A DNA stretch of 64,000 nucleotides, from NCBI GenBank assembly GCA_018456245.1, contig JAGYHQ010000001.1, forward strand, positions 134,693 to 198,692, given 5' to 3'. Positions 10,833 through 20,614 of the stretch are shown here, piece after piece (positions within the stretch are counted from its first letter, which is position 1; each line of letters begins with the position of its first letter). The notes under the pieces were generated by a model, which had not been told where the DNA came from, did not search any database, and saw only the letters and a list, made by a program, of their open reading frames with translations. The stretch comes from Tenacibaculum sp. Lineage in GTDB: Bacteria; Bacteroidota; Bacteroidia; Flavobacteriales; Flavobacteriaceae. A program made the position numbers and the translations under genes.

Positions 10833-10860
10833 TATTCTTATTTATTTTAATTTTTACTAT

Positions 10861-10868
10861 CAAAAATA
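10861..10868 (-). promoter_or_regulatory. Bacteroidota sigma-70 -7 element (TATTTTTG) for tamB
   Basis: Matches the TAnnTTTG consensus about 30 nt upstream of the extended tamB frame. Confidence 0.5.
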
Positions 10869-10911
10869 TTGCCCAATTACAAAGAAACATTAATTTTAAC
10901 GAATATCTAAC

Positions 10912-10919
10912 TATTTTTG
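10912..10919 (+). promoter_or_regulatory. Bacteroidota -7 element (TATTTTTG) for tsaD
   Basis: TAnnTTTG match about 55 nt upstream of the tsaD start, divergent from the tamB promoter. Confidence 0.5.
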
Positions 10920-10972
10920 CATTTAAATACACACGCAATTTACAAGATTTACAGAAAAAAATAATATAAAAA

Positions 10973-11998
10973 TTGACTGAAAAAGATATTTACATACTAG
11001 GAATTGAAAGTTCTTGTGATGATACAAGTGCTTCGGTAATTCATAACGGAAAAGTGCTTAGTAATATTATTGCAAACCAAGAGGTACACGCAAAATATGG
11101 TGGTGTTGTTCCTGAATTGGCTTCAAGAGCTCATCAACAAAATATTGTTCCTGTAGTTCAGCAGGCTATTGAACAGGCTAACATTACTAAAAATCAATTA
11201 AGTGCCATTGCTTTTACTCGGGGACCGGGATTAATGGGATCACTTTTAGTAGGAACTTCCTTTGCAAAGTCATTGGCTCTTGGTTTAAATATTCCTCTTA
11301 TTGATGTAAATCATATGCAAGCTCATATTTTAGCTCATTTTATTAAAAATGAAGATAAAACCCCTCCTTTTCCTTTTATTTGCTTAACCATTAGTGGTGG
11401 GCATACGCAAATTGTAAAAATTACTAATCATTTTGAAATGGAAATTTTAGGGGAAACCATTGATGATGCAGTTGGGGAGGCTTTTGATAAAACAGCAAAA
11501 ATATTAGGACTTCCTTACCCTGGTGGTCCTTTAATTGACAAATATGCCAAACTTGGTAATCCAAAGGCATTTCAATTTACAAAACCCAAAGTAGGCAATT
11601 TAGATTTTAGCTTCAGTGGTTTAAAAACACAAATTTTATATTTTGTTCAAAAAAATGTAAAAGAAAATCCTAATTTTATTAAAGATAATTTAAATGATAT
11701 TTGTGCTTCTATTCAATATACAATCGTAAAGGTTTTAATTGAAAAACTGAAAAACGCAATTAAACAAACAGGAATTAAACATATTGCCATTGCTGGTGGT
11801 GTTTCTGCAAATTCTGAAATAAGAAATCGTTTACAACTTGCCGAAAAAAATTGGGATTGGACGACTTATATCCCTAAATTTGAATACACAACTGACAATG
11901 CAGGAATGATTGCAATTGCTGGATATTTAAAATTCTTAAATAATGATTATGCTAATAATTCAATATCAGCAAAGGCACGTTTAAAAGTTACTGATTAA
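10973..11998 (+). CDS. tsaD: tRNA N6-adenosine threonylcarbamoyltransferase TsaD
   Basis: ILGIESSCDDT, GGVVPELASRAH, GPGL, HMQAH, SGGHT, DDAVGEAFDK and TDNAGMIA motifs; TTG start. Confidence 0.97.
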   Translation: MTEKDIYILGIESSCDDTSASVIHNGKVLSNIIANQEVHAKYGGVVPELASRAHQQNIVPVVQQAIEQANITKNQLSAIAFTRGPGLMGSLLVGTSFAKSLALGLNIPLIDVNHMQAHILAHFIKNEDKTPPFPFICLTISGGHTQIVKITNHFEMEILGETIDDAVGEAFDKTAKILGLPYPGGPLIDKYAKLGNPKAFQFTKPKVGNLDFSFSGLKTQILYFVQKNVKENPNFIKDNLNDICASIQYTIVKVLIEKLKNAIKQTGIKHIAIAGGVSANSEIRNRLQLAEKNWDWTTYIPKFEYTTDNAGMIAIAGYLKFLNNDYANNSISAKARLKVTD

Positions 11999-12777
11999 CC
12001 AAAAATGTCATTTAACATTTTAGCCAAACGTATCCCTGCAATTTGTAATTGTTCACGTACAGTAGGGAAAAAATCATATGAATAACGGTAACCTAATTTT
12101 TCACCTTTTTGTACCGAATCATATACTTTTGGCGTAATTTTATGTATTTCGTGTAGCCAATCTACAATAGTTCCTTTTTGAATGGCTTTTATCTGCTCTT
12201 TGGTTAAATCTTTAGTATTATCAGCCAATTCAACATAACTCATACCCCATTTTTCAAGCATATCATCATCCCAAACTCTATGAATGTTTGAGCCTACTCC
12301 GTGCCATTGAACTTGAATTTTATTTCCGCCCCAATCTTCTGCCCTTCCAACGTGTAAAGGCTGGTGCATATCTCCTATTAAATGGATTAAAAATTTTAAA
12401 TAAAAATTCTTTTCTTCATCCGATGAAGATTTATCTTTTAAAACAGAAACACAATAATTTATACCCGTTATTAAATCACCTTTCGGATTTTTTTTAGAAT
12501 TTTCATATTTCATTCCAATAGGCATATTAACATAATGCCAAGGTTTATATTTATCATATTTTTTGTCGGACTTTATATCATCCATATAAGTAGAGACAAA
12601 AGCTAAACTCTCTCCCTTTAACAGTTTGTTTATTTTTCTTTTTGCTTTTCTTGACAAGTGTTTTTCTGCAATTTCACCTATCGTTCTATGCCCTGTATTT
12701 CCCCAATCTTTAATACTATTTGCTGAAATAGTAAAAGTAATCATCATTACTAAAATAAATACAAACTTTAATTTCAT
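11995..12777 (-). CDS. S1/P1 nuclease, secreted
   Basis: Signal peptide followed by WGNTGH, WHYVN, HLIGDMHQPLH and NIHRVWDD zinc-ligand motifs. Confidence 0.9.
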   Translation of the reverse strand: MKLKFVFILVMMITFTISANSIKDWGNTGHRTIGEIAEKHLSRKAKRKINKLLKGESLAFVSTYMDDIKSDKKYDKYKPWHYVNMPIGMKYENSKKNPKGDLITGINYCVSVLKDKSSSDEEKNFYLKFLIHLIGDMHQPLHVGRAEDWGGNKIQVQWHGVGSNIHRVWDDDMLEKWGMSYVELADNTKDLTKEQIKAIQKGTIVDWLHEIHKITPKVYDSVQKGEKLGYRYSYDFFPTVREQLQIAGIRLAKMLNDIFG

Positions 12778-12894
12778 CTTAAATTATTTTTTTTGCGAAT
12801 TTAAAAAAATACTTAATAATAACCACCATACATTTTGTTTTACCACTAATTATTTACATTTTATTTAATACTTTAGCGAAAATTTACAACAATT

Positions 12895-14289
12895 ATGAAT
12901 ATAGCCGAAATTAATAATGATATTCCTTTTTTCTCTAATGATACTACAATATTTGGGGTTTTATGTATAACCTTAGCTTTAATATTTTATACTTCTAGAA
13001 GTAAATATTTTAGTAAGTTTTATAAAATAATACCTGCATTGTTGTTATGTTACTTTTTACCATCAATATTAAGTTCTACAAATATTATTGCAAGTAGCTG
13101 GATTGATGTTGATGCAACCATTAAACACTTAGCAAACACCTACGGAGATTTAAGTGGAATTACCAATTTAAAAAGCCTTAAAGAATATATTATATCTAAC
13201 AATATTAACACAAAAGAATATTCTCAATTCTTAGGAAAAAGTAATTTATATTACATATCCTCTCGTTTCTTACTTCCTGCATCATTAGTTTTATTAACAT
13301 TAAGCATAGATCTAAAAGGTGTTTTTAACTTAGGCTCTAAAGCATTAATTATGTTTTTAACAGCTTCATTCGGTGTTTTAATTGGAGGTCCTTTAGCTAT
13401 TTTATTCTTTAAATTTGTTAATCCTGATATTTTACAAACTGTTGAAGGAACTGAATTATGGAAAGGTTTATCAACCATTGCTGGTAGTTGGATTGGTGGT
13501 GGAGCAAATCAATTAGCAATGAAAGAACAATGGGATGTAAATGATAGTTTATTTAGTATTATGGCTGTTGTAGATGTATTAGTTGCTGAAATTTGGATGG
13601 TATTTTTATTACTCGGTGTTTCTAATTCTGATAAAATAGATAAATTCTTTAAAGCAGATAATTCATCTATTGAAGAGTTAAAAAATAAAATGGAAAAATT
13701 TACTCAAGAATCTGCACGAGTTACCACTTTTAATGATTTAATAATTATTTTAGGAATAGGTTTCGGTGTAACTTCATTAAGTCATTTTATTGGTGATAAT
13801 GCTAGTTCATTTGTTAAACAAAATATTCCTCAGTTAGTAGATTTCGGTTTAGGAAGCTCTTTCTTTTGGTTAATTATTATGGCAACAACTTTCGGTATTA
13901 TACTTTCTTTTACAAAAGCGAAACATTATGAAGGGGCAGGTGCAAGTAAAATAGGAAGTGTTTTTATATATATTTTAGTAGCTTCTATAGGAATGAAAAT
14001 GAACTTAAACGCAATTATAGAAAACATCAGCCTTATTGCTATTGGGCTTGTTTGGATGATTATTCACGTAGGTTTACTATTTATTGTTGCAAAACTAATT
14101 AAAGCACCTTATTTCTTTTTAGCTGTTGGGTCTAAAGCAAATATTGGTGGTGCTGCATCGGCTCCTGTGGTTGCTGGGGCTTTTCATCCTTCATTAGCTC
14201 CTGTTGGGGTTTTACTTGCTGTTTTAGGGTATGCTATAGGTACTTACGGTGCTTTTGCTTGTGCTTTAATGATGAAATGGGTTTCTTAA
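12895..14289 (+). CDS. DUF819 family integral membrane protein
   Basis: Multi-TM protein with GSWIGGGANQ and SKANIGGAASAPVVA motifs. Confidence 0.8.
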   Translation: MNIAEINNDIPFFSNDTTIFGVLCITLALIFYTSRSKYFSKFYKIIPALLLCYFLPSILSSTNIIASSWIDVDATIKHLANTYGDLSGITNLKSLKEYIISNNINTKEYSQFLGKSNLYYISSRFLLPASLVLLTLSIDLKGVFNLGSKALIMFLTASFGVLIGGPLAILFFKFVNPDILQTVEGTELWKGLSTIAGSWIGGGANQLAMKEQWDVNDSLFSIMAVVDVLVAEIWMVFLLLGVSNSDKIDKFFKADNSSIEELKNKMEKFTQESARVTTFNDLIIILGIGFGVTSLSHFIGDNASSFVKQNIPQLVDFGLGSSFFWLIIMATTFGIILSFTKAKHYEGAGASKIGSVFIYILVASIGMKMNLNAIIENISLIAIGLVWMIIHVGLLFIVAKLIKAPYFFLAVGSKANIGGAASAPVVAGAFHPSLAPVGVLLAVLGYAIGTYGAFACALMMKWVS

Positions 14290-14314
14290 TAAAAAACAAA
14301 TAAACTATAAAATT

Positions 14315-15016
14315 ATGAAAAGAATTATTACAATTTTAGCAATTTCAATAATTACATTTTCTTGTTCAAAAGAAAAAGGTAATATGATCGTAAAAGGACA
14401 AATTAAAGGATTAAAAAAAGGAAAATTATATCTACAAAAATTAAAAGATACTGCTATTATTTCTGTTGATTCAGTCGAATTATTTAATAATAATAAATTT
14501 ACATTAAGTGATAACGTTAATTCTCCTGTAATGTATTACTTAACTTTTAAAGGGAATTTACAAGAAAGAAGGATAATGTTTTTTGGAGAAAAAGGAAAAA
14601 TTACAATTAATGATAATATTCAAAATTTTGGATTTAAGCCTATTATTAAAGGGTCAAAAAACCAAGAAGTTTTAGAAAAATTTAATAAAGTTAATAATAA
14701 GTTTAAACTTCAAAGGTTAGATTTTATAGCAAAAGATATTGAAGCCCGTACAAAAAAGGACTTCAAAACAGTAAAAGAATTAGAAGAAAATTATAAAAAA
14801 ATGGTACGTCGTCGTTTTTTATATACTACTAATTTTGCAATTACCCATAAAGATAGTGAAGTTGCACCATATATAGCTTTATCAGAATTATTTGATGCCA
14901 ACATATCTTTGTTGGATACTATTAATAAAAGTTTATCTGAAAAAGTAAAAAAATCTACCTACGGAAAACAATTAGATAAATTTATTAATGATGTAAAATC
15001 TAATGAAAAGCAGTAA
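14315..15016 (+). CDS. DUF4369 domain lipoprotein
   Basis: Lipobox-type signal (TFSC), KGQIKGLKKGKLYLQK N-terminal domain, and a SKYGKQL-like tail resembling AhpC/TSA-associated N-domains but without the thioredoxin domain. Confidence 0.65.
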   Translation: MKRIITILAISIITFSCSKEKGNMIVKGQIKGLKKGKLYLQKLKDTAIISVDSVELFNNNKFTLSDNVNSPVMYYLTFKGNLQERRIMFFGEKGKITINDNIQNFGFKPIIKGSKNQEVLEKFNKVNNKFKLQRLDFIAKDIEARTKKDFKTVKELEENYKKMVRRRFLYTTNFAITHKDSEVAPYIALSELFDANISLLDTINKSLSEKVKKSTYGKQLDKFINDVKSNEKQ

Positions 15017-15048
15017 ATAATTTATTAATAACTACAAAAGTGTGTGTT

Positions 15049-15765
15049 ATGAATAAATGGCAAGATTTAAAAGTTTATAGAAATTTACCTCCAAAACTTG
15101 TACCTTTAAGTTTCAAACTTTTTGCGCATTATATTTCTGAAAAATTAGGTGATAATTTTAGGCTAAAAGAAAGTAAAACAAGAAAGCATTTTATTTATAA
15201 ATCATCAGAACTTTATGAAATTTCTATTTATTTTGACAATGGTTCACCTTATGAAAAAAATCAAACAAGTATTAAAGTTTCCATATTTTGTAGAATGAAA
15301 TATAAAGAAAATGGATATTTTCTTTCTGAACTCTACGAAATGGATAACACATTTAAAATGTCTTATCCTCTAACAAAGGAGTTTTTGTTATTAGCCGATT
15401 TTTTAATAGACAAGATTGAAAAAAATATTATTAATTTTTTAGATAAAATATTAACTCCTAATGATGTAATTGAAAATCGTGAAGAATTAAAAAAATATTT
15501 CCCAAAAGAATATCATTACAAGATTGGGTTGCGTAATCTTCTTTTTGAAAGTGCTTTTTTAACAAGAAATAAATCTGTTTTTAGTGAAATTTGTAGTGAA
15601 AAAATAGAAGAATATAAACAACAAATTATAAGGCATTCTAAGGATGAACCATTTATTAATTTTATTAAGAAATTAGAGAACTTAAAGAATGTTTTTGATA
15701 ATGATAACCTTTACGAAAAGGAAATGCAAAGAAGAAAAGAATTAGCTAAAAATTATAAATCATAG
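15049..15765 (+). CDS. Hypothetical protein
   Basis: Open frame of about 238 aa with a plausible ATG at 15049; no family recognised. Confidence 0.6.
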   Translation: MNKWQDLKVYRNLPPKLVPLSFKLFAHYISEKLGDNFRLKESKTRKHFIYKSSELYEISIYFDNGSPYEKNQTSIKVSIFCRMKYKENGYFLSELYEMDNTFKMSYPLTKEFLLLADFLIDKIEKNIINFLDKILTPNDVIENREELKKYFPKEYHYKIGLRNLLFESAFLTRNKSVFSEICSEKIEEYKQQIIRHSKDEPFINFIKKLENLKNVFDNDNLYEKEMQRRKELAKNYKS

Positions 15766-15817
15766 TAATCATTCTAAATGAAATTATTTAGAATATATTT
15801 TACAAATAAATTCAAAT

Positions 15818-15846
15818 AAAAAATCACAACTAAAGTTGTGATTTTT
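15818..15846. terminator. Bidirectional intrinsic terminator
   Basis: aaaaatcacaac-taaa-gttgtgattttt between convergent genes. Confidence 0.8.
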
Positions 15847-15852
15847 CTATTT

Positions 15853-16161
15853 TTAAGCCTCCCCTGTTGTCCCTCCAAAATTCATTGGAATTGTTGGTTG
15901 TTCATAGTCTTTAATTTCTCCGTGAGCTTCTTCAAATCTATGCACATTTTCGGCTAAAGCATTCATTAATCGTTTAGCGTGTTGTGGGGTTAATATAACC
16001 CTAGATTTTACTTTTGCCTTAGGCATACCCGGCATGATATTTATAAAATCTACTATAAATTCAGTATTAGAATGATTAATTATTGCCAAATTAGAATAAA
16101 CCCCATCTGCCATTTCTTGGTCTAATTCTATATCTAATTGTTGTCCTTTATTTTTTTCCAT
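15853..16161 (-). CDS. DUF3467 domain-containing protein
   Basis: EGVYSNL-like motif (DGVYSNLAIINHS), KVKSRVILTPQHAKRL, and the conserved position after rpoC in Bacteroidota. Confidence 0.85.
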   Translation of the reverse strand: MEKNKGQQLDIELDQEMADGVYSNLAIINHSNTEFIVDFINIMPGMPKAKVKSRVILTPQHAKRLMNALAENVHRFEEAHGEIKDYEQPTIPMNFGGTTGEA

Positions 16162-16187
16162 TTTTAGTATATTGTTTTATTAAAATA

Positions 16188-16237
16188 AAAAATTGAGTTG
16201 CTTATAGTATAAATATACAACAAACAACTCAATTTTT
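16188..16237 (-). terminator. Terminator/attenuator hairpin after rpoC
   Basis: 13-bp inverted repeat aaaaattgagttg / caactcaattttt, followed by a T-rich tract on the minus strand. Confidence 0.65.
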
Positions 16238-16257
16238 AAATACTTAAGTTTCTAATT

Positions 16258-19200
16258 TTATAAACTTTTTTCTATTTCATCTTTAGGACCTACGATAATA
16301 TCTTCATAAGAACGCATACCTGTACCTGCAGGGATACGTTTACCTACAATAACATTTTCTTTTAATCCTTCTAATGTATCTATCTTACCACTTACAGCCG
16401 CTTCATTTAACACTTTTGTTGTTTCTTGGAACGAAGCTGCAGAAATAAACGATTTAGTTTGTAATGAAGCTCTTGTAATACCTTGTAATACTTGCTCTGC
16501 TGTTGCAGGTCTTGCATCTCTTGCTACTACTAAATTTTTATCATTTCTTCGTAAGAATGAATTTTCATCACGTAATTGACGAGCAGAAATTAACTGACCA
16601 ACCTTAAGTTTTTCAGAATCTCCTGAATCTTCAATTACTTTCATTCCATAAATCTTATCATTTTCTTCAATAAAGTCATTCTTATGAGCTAATTGATTTT
16701 CTAACAATAAAGTATCTCCTGAGTCAATAATTTTAACTTTTAACATCATCTGGCGTACTAACACCTCAAAATGCTTGTCATTAATCTTAACCCCTTGTAA
16801 ACGATAAACTTCTTGAATTTCATTTACAATATGCTCTTGAACAGCTGAAGGTCCTTGAATTGCTAAAATATCTGCTGGTGTTATAGCTCCGTCTGACAAT
16901 GGCATTCCTGCCTTAATAAAGTCATTCTCTTGAACAAGGATTTGATTAGATAATTTAATTAAATATTTTCTAACATCTCCTGTTTTTGATTCAACTATAA
17001 TCTCACGGTTACCACGTTTAATTTTTCCAAAAGTAACAACTCCATCAATTTCAGAAACTACTGCCGGGTTAGATGGGTTACGTGCCTCAAACAACTCTGT
17101 TACACGTGGTAAACCTCCTGTAATATCTCCTGCTTTACCAGATTTACGAGGTATTTTAACTAACGTTTTACCTGCTTCTACTTTTTCATCATCTTCTACA
17201 ATTAAATGAGCTCCTACTGGTAAACTGTATGAACGTAAAGCATTACCATCTGCATCTTCAATAATTAATGCAGGGATAATTTTTTTGTTTTTAGAATCAG
17301 TAATTACTTTTTCCTGGAAACCTGTTTGTTCATCAATTTCTACAGAATAATTAATTCCTTGTTCTAAGTTAGAGAATTTAACTTTTCCTGCAAATTCAGA
17401 AACAATAACCCCGTTAAATGGATCCCATTGGCATATAACATCTCCTTTTTTAATCGTCTTTCTATCTTTATCAAAAATGATAGAACCGTAAGGAATAATA
17501 TTTGTACTCAATGCAATACCTGTTTTCTTATCTACAATCTTAATTTCTGCTGTACGAGAAATTACTATTTCAACTTCTTTTCCATCGTTATCTTTTCCTT
17601 TGACAGTACGTAAATCTTCAATATTAACCTCTCCATCAAACTTAGCAGTTAATTTATTTTCTTCTGAAATATTACCTGCTACCCCTCCAACGTGGAATGT
17701 ACGTAATGTTAACTGTGTACCTGGCTCTCCAATTGATTGTGCTGCAATTACTCCAACTGCCTCACCTCTTTGAACTCTATTATTTGTAGATAAACTCTTA
17801 CCATAACATTGTTCACAAATACCTTTCTTAGCTTCACACGTTAAAGGAGAACGAACTTCTACTCTATCTAATCCTGAAGCATCAATATCATCTGCCATTT
17901 TTGGAGTAATTAACTCTCCTGCCTTTACTAATACTTCATCTGAAACTGGGTGATAAACATCATGTAATGCCACACGTCCTTCAATTCTATCAGATAATGA
18001 TTCAATAATTTCATCATTTTTCTTTAATGGAGTTACCTCTAATCCTCTTAATGTACCACAATCAACTTCATTTACAATTACATCTTGAGAAACATCTACT
18101 AAACGACGAGTTAAATAACCTGCATCGGCTGTTTTTAATGCTGTATCGGCAAGACCTTTACGCGCACCGTGTGTAGAAATGAAGTATTCTAAAATTGATA
18201 AACCTTCCTTAAAGTTAGATAAAATTGGGTTTTCAATAATTTCTCCACCTCCTGTTGTAGATTTTTTAGGTTTAGCCATTAATCCACGCATACCTGTTAA
18301 CTGACGAATTTGTTCTTTAGAACCCCTTGCTCCTGAATCTAACATCATATATACCGAGTTAAATCCTTGCTGGTCTTCACGTAAGCGTTTCATTGATAAT
18401 TCAGTTAATTTATTGTTGGTAGAACCCCAAACATCAATTACCTGATTATAACGTTCTTTTTGGGTTAACATACCCATATTATAGTTTCCTACAATTGCAT
18501 CAACCTCTTTATTTGCTTCTGCAATCATTGTATATTTTTCCTCTGGAATAATGATATCTCCTAAACTAAATGATAATCCTCCTTGGAATGCAAACTTATA
18601 TCCCATGTTTTTAATTTCATCTAAGAAATTTCCAACTTCAGGAATACTTGTTACCTTTAAAATATTACCAATAATTCCTCTTAATGATTTTTTAGTTAAA
18701 ACCTCATTAATATATCCTGCTTCCTTAGGTACAACTTCATTGAATAAAACACGACCAACCGTAGTTTCAATAATTTTAGTTACTAATTCTCCTTCTTCAT
18801 TAAGATCTTTTGTACGCACTTTAATTGATGCGTTCAAATCTACTCTTTCTTCATTAAAAGCAATTGTTACTTCTTCTGGTGAATAGAAAGTTAAACCTTC
18901 TCCTTTAATTGGTAATTCAGGTGTAGATTTACGTTCCTTTGTCATATAATATAACCCTAATACCATATCTTGTGATGGTACAGTAATTGGGGCACCGTTA
19001 GCTGGGTTTAATATATTATGTGATGCTAGCATTAATAACTGAGCTTCTAAAATAGCCTCAGGTCCTAATGGTAAATGAACCGCCATCTGGTCACCATCAA
19101 AATCGGCGTTAAACGCCGTACATACTAATGGGTGTAAACGAATAGCTTTTCCTTCAATTAATTTTGGTTGGAATGATTGAATACCTAAACGGTGTAACGT

Positions 19201-20532
19201 AGGGGCACGGTTTAATAACACTGGGTGTCCCTTAATTACATTTTCTAAAATATCCCAAACAACTGGCTCTTTTCTATCTATAATTTTCTTTGCAGATTTT
19301 ACTGTTTTTACAATACCTCTTTCAATTAATTTACGAATTACAAAAGGTTTGTAAAGTTCAGCTGCCATATCTTTTGGCAATCCACACTCATATAATTTTA
19401 ATTCAGGACCAACAACAATTACAGAACGTGCAGAATAATCAACACGCTTACCTAATAAGTTTTGACGGAAACGTCCTTGTTTACCTTTTAAACTATCAGA
19501 TAAAGATTTTAACGGTCTGTTACTTTCTGTTTTTACTGCTGATGATTTACGTGTATTATCAAATAATGAATCCACCGACTCTTGTAACATACGTTTTTCG
19601 TTTCTTAAAATTACCTCAGGAGCTTTAATCTCCATTAATCTTTTTAAACGGTTATTACGTATAATTACACGACGATATAAATCATTTAAATCTGATGTTG
19701 CAAAACGCCCTCCATCTAATGGAACTAAAGGACGTAACTCTGGTGGAATTACAGGAATAGCTCTCATAATCATCCACTCAGGCTTATTTTCACGATTTTT
19801 TTGTGAATCTCTAAACGCCTCAACAACATTTAATCGTTTTAATGCTTCGTTTTTACGTTGCTTAGAAGTTTCTGTATTTGCTTTATGACGTAATTCATAT
19901 GATAATGAATCTAAATCAATACGTGCTAATAAATCAATTAAACATTCAGCCCCCATTTTAGCGATAAACTTATTAGGGTCTGTATCTTCTAAGTATTGAT
20001 TTTCTTGAGGTAGCTCATCTATAATATCTAAATATTCTTCTTCTGTTAAGAAGTCCATTTTTTGTAATGGCTCTCCTTCAGCATTTTTTGCAATACCTGG
20101 TTGAATTACCACATATCTTTCATAATAGATAATCATATCTAACTTTTTAGATGGTAATCCTAATAAATATCCCATCTTGTTAGGTAATGATCTAAAATAC
20201 CAAATATGAGCTACAGGTACAACCAAATTAATATGTCCTACCCTATCTCTTCGTACTTTTTTCTCTGTTACTTCTACACCACAACGGTCACAAACAATGC
20301 CTTTGTAGCGAATTCTTTTATATTTACCACACGCACATTCGTAATCTTTTACAGGACCAAAGATACGTTCACAGAATAATCCGTCACGTTCTGGTTTGTG
20401 TGTACGATAATTAATAGTTTCTGGTTTTAAAACTTCCCCTTTAGATAATTCTAAAATTGATTCTGGAGAAGATAAACCTATTGAAATTTTATTAAATTTC
20501 TTAACAGTATATTTTTCGTTTTTTCTTGCCAT
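16258..20532 (-). CDS. rpoC: DNA-directed RNA polymerase beta' subunit
   Basis: [12 protein letters not shown] catalytic motif, zinc-binding CACGKYK...CDRC, 1424 aa. Confidence 0.99.
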   Translation of the reverse strand: MARKNEKYTVKKFNKISIGLSSPESILELSKGEVLKPETINYRTHKPERDGLFCERIFGPVKDYECACGKYKRIRYKGIVCDRCGVEVTEKKVRRDRVGHINLVVPVAHIWYFRSLPNKMGYLLGLPSKKLDMIIYYERYVVIQPGIAKNAEGEPLQKMDFLTEEEYLDIIDELPQENQYLEDTDPNKFIAKMGAECLIDLLARIDLDSLSYELRHKANTETSKQRKNEALKRLNVVEAFRDSQKNRENKPEWMIMRAIPVIPPELRPLVPLDGGRFATSDLNDLYRRVIIRNNRLKRLMEIKAPEVILRNEKRMLQESVDSLFDNTRKSSAVKTESNRPLKSLSDSLKGKQGRFRQNLLGKRVDYSARSVIVVGPELKLYECGLPKDMAAELYKPFVIRKLIERGIVKTVKSAKKIIDRKEPVVWDILENVIKGHPVLLNRAPTLHRLGIQSFQPKLIEGKAIRLHPLVCTAFNADFDGDQMAVHLPLGPEAILEAQLLMLASHNILNPANGAPITVPSQDMVLGLYYMTKERKSTPELPIKGEGLTFYSPEEVTIAFNEERVDLNASIKVRTKDLNEEGELVTKIIETTVGRVLFNEVVPKEAGYINEVLTKKSLRGIIGNILKVTSIPEVGNFLDEIKNMGYKFAFQGGLSFSLGDIIIPEEKYTMIAEANKEVDAIVGNYNMGMLTQKERYNQVIDVWGSTNNKLTELSMKRLREDQQGFNSVYMMLDSGARGSKEQIRQLTGMRGLMAKPKKSTTGGGEIIENPILSNFKEGLSILEYFISTHGARKGLADTALKTADAGYLTRRLVDVSQDVIVNEVDCGTLRGLEVTPLKKNDEIIESLSDRIEGRVALHDVYHPVSDEVLVKAGELITPKMADDIDASGLDRVEVRSPLTCEAKKGICEQCYGKSLSTNNRVQRGEAVGVIAAQSIGEPGTQLTLRTFHVGGVAGNISEENKLTAKFDGEVNIEDLRTVKGKDNDGKEVEIVISRTAEIKIVDKKTGIALSTNIIPYGSIIFDKDRKTIKKGDVICQWDPFNGVIVSEFAGKVKFSNLEQGINYSVEIDEQTGFQEKVITDSKNKKIIPALIIEDADGNALRSYSLPVGAHLIVEDDEKVEAGKTLVKIPRKSGKAGDITGGLPRVTELFEARNPSNPAVVSEIDGVVTFGKIKRGNREIIVESKTGDVRKYLIKLSNQILVQENDFIKAGMPLSDGAITPADILAIQGPSAVQEHIVNEIQEVYRLQGVKINDKHFEVLVRQMMLKVKIIDSGDTLLLENQLAHKNDFIEENDKIYGMKVIEDSGDSEKLKVGQLISARQLRDENSFLRRNDKNLVVARDARPATAEQVLQGITRASLQTKSFISAASFQETTKVLNEAAVSGKIDTLEGLKENVIVGKRIPAGTGMRSYEDIIVGPKDEIEKSL

Positions 20533-20614
20533 GTTTCTTAGTTGTCAGTGTTTAGTTTTTAACTGTTAGTATTTAGCTATAAACTAAACACTAACAATTA
20601 ATTACTAATAAAAA

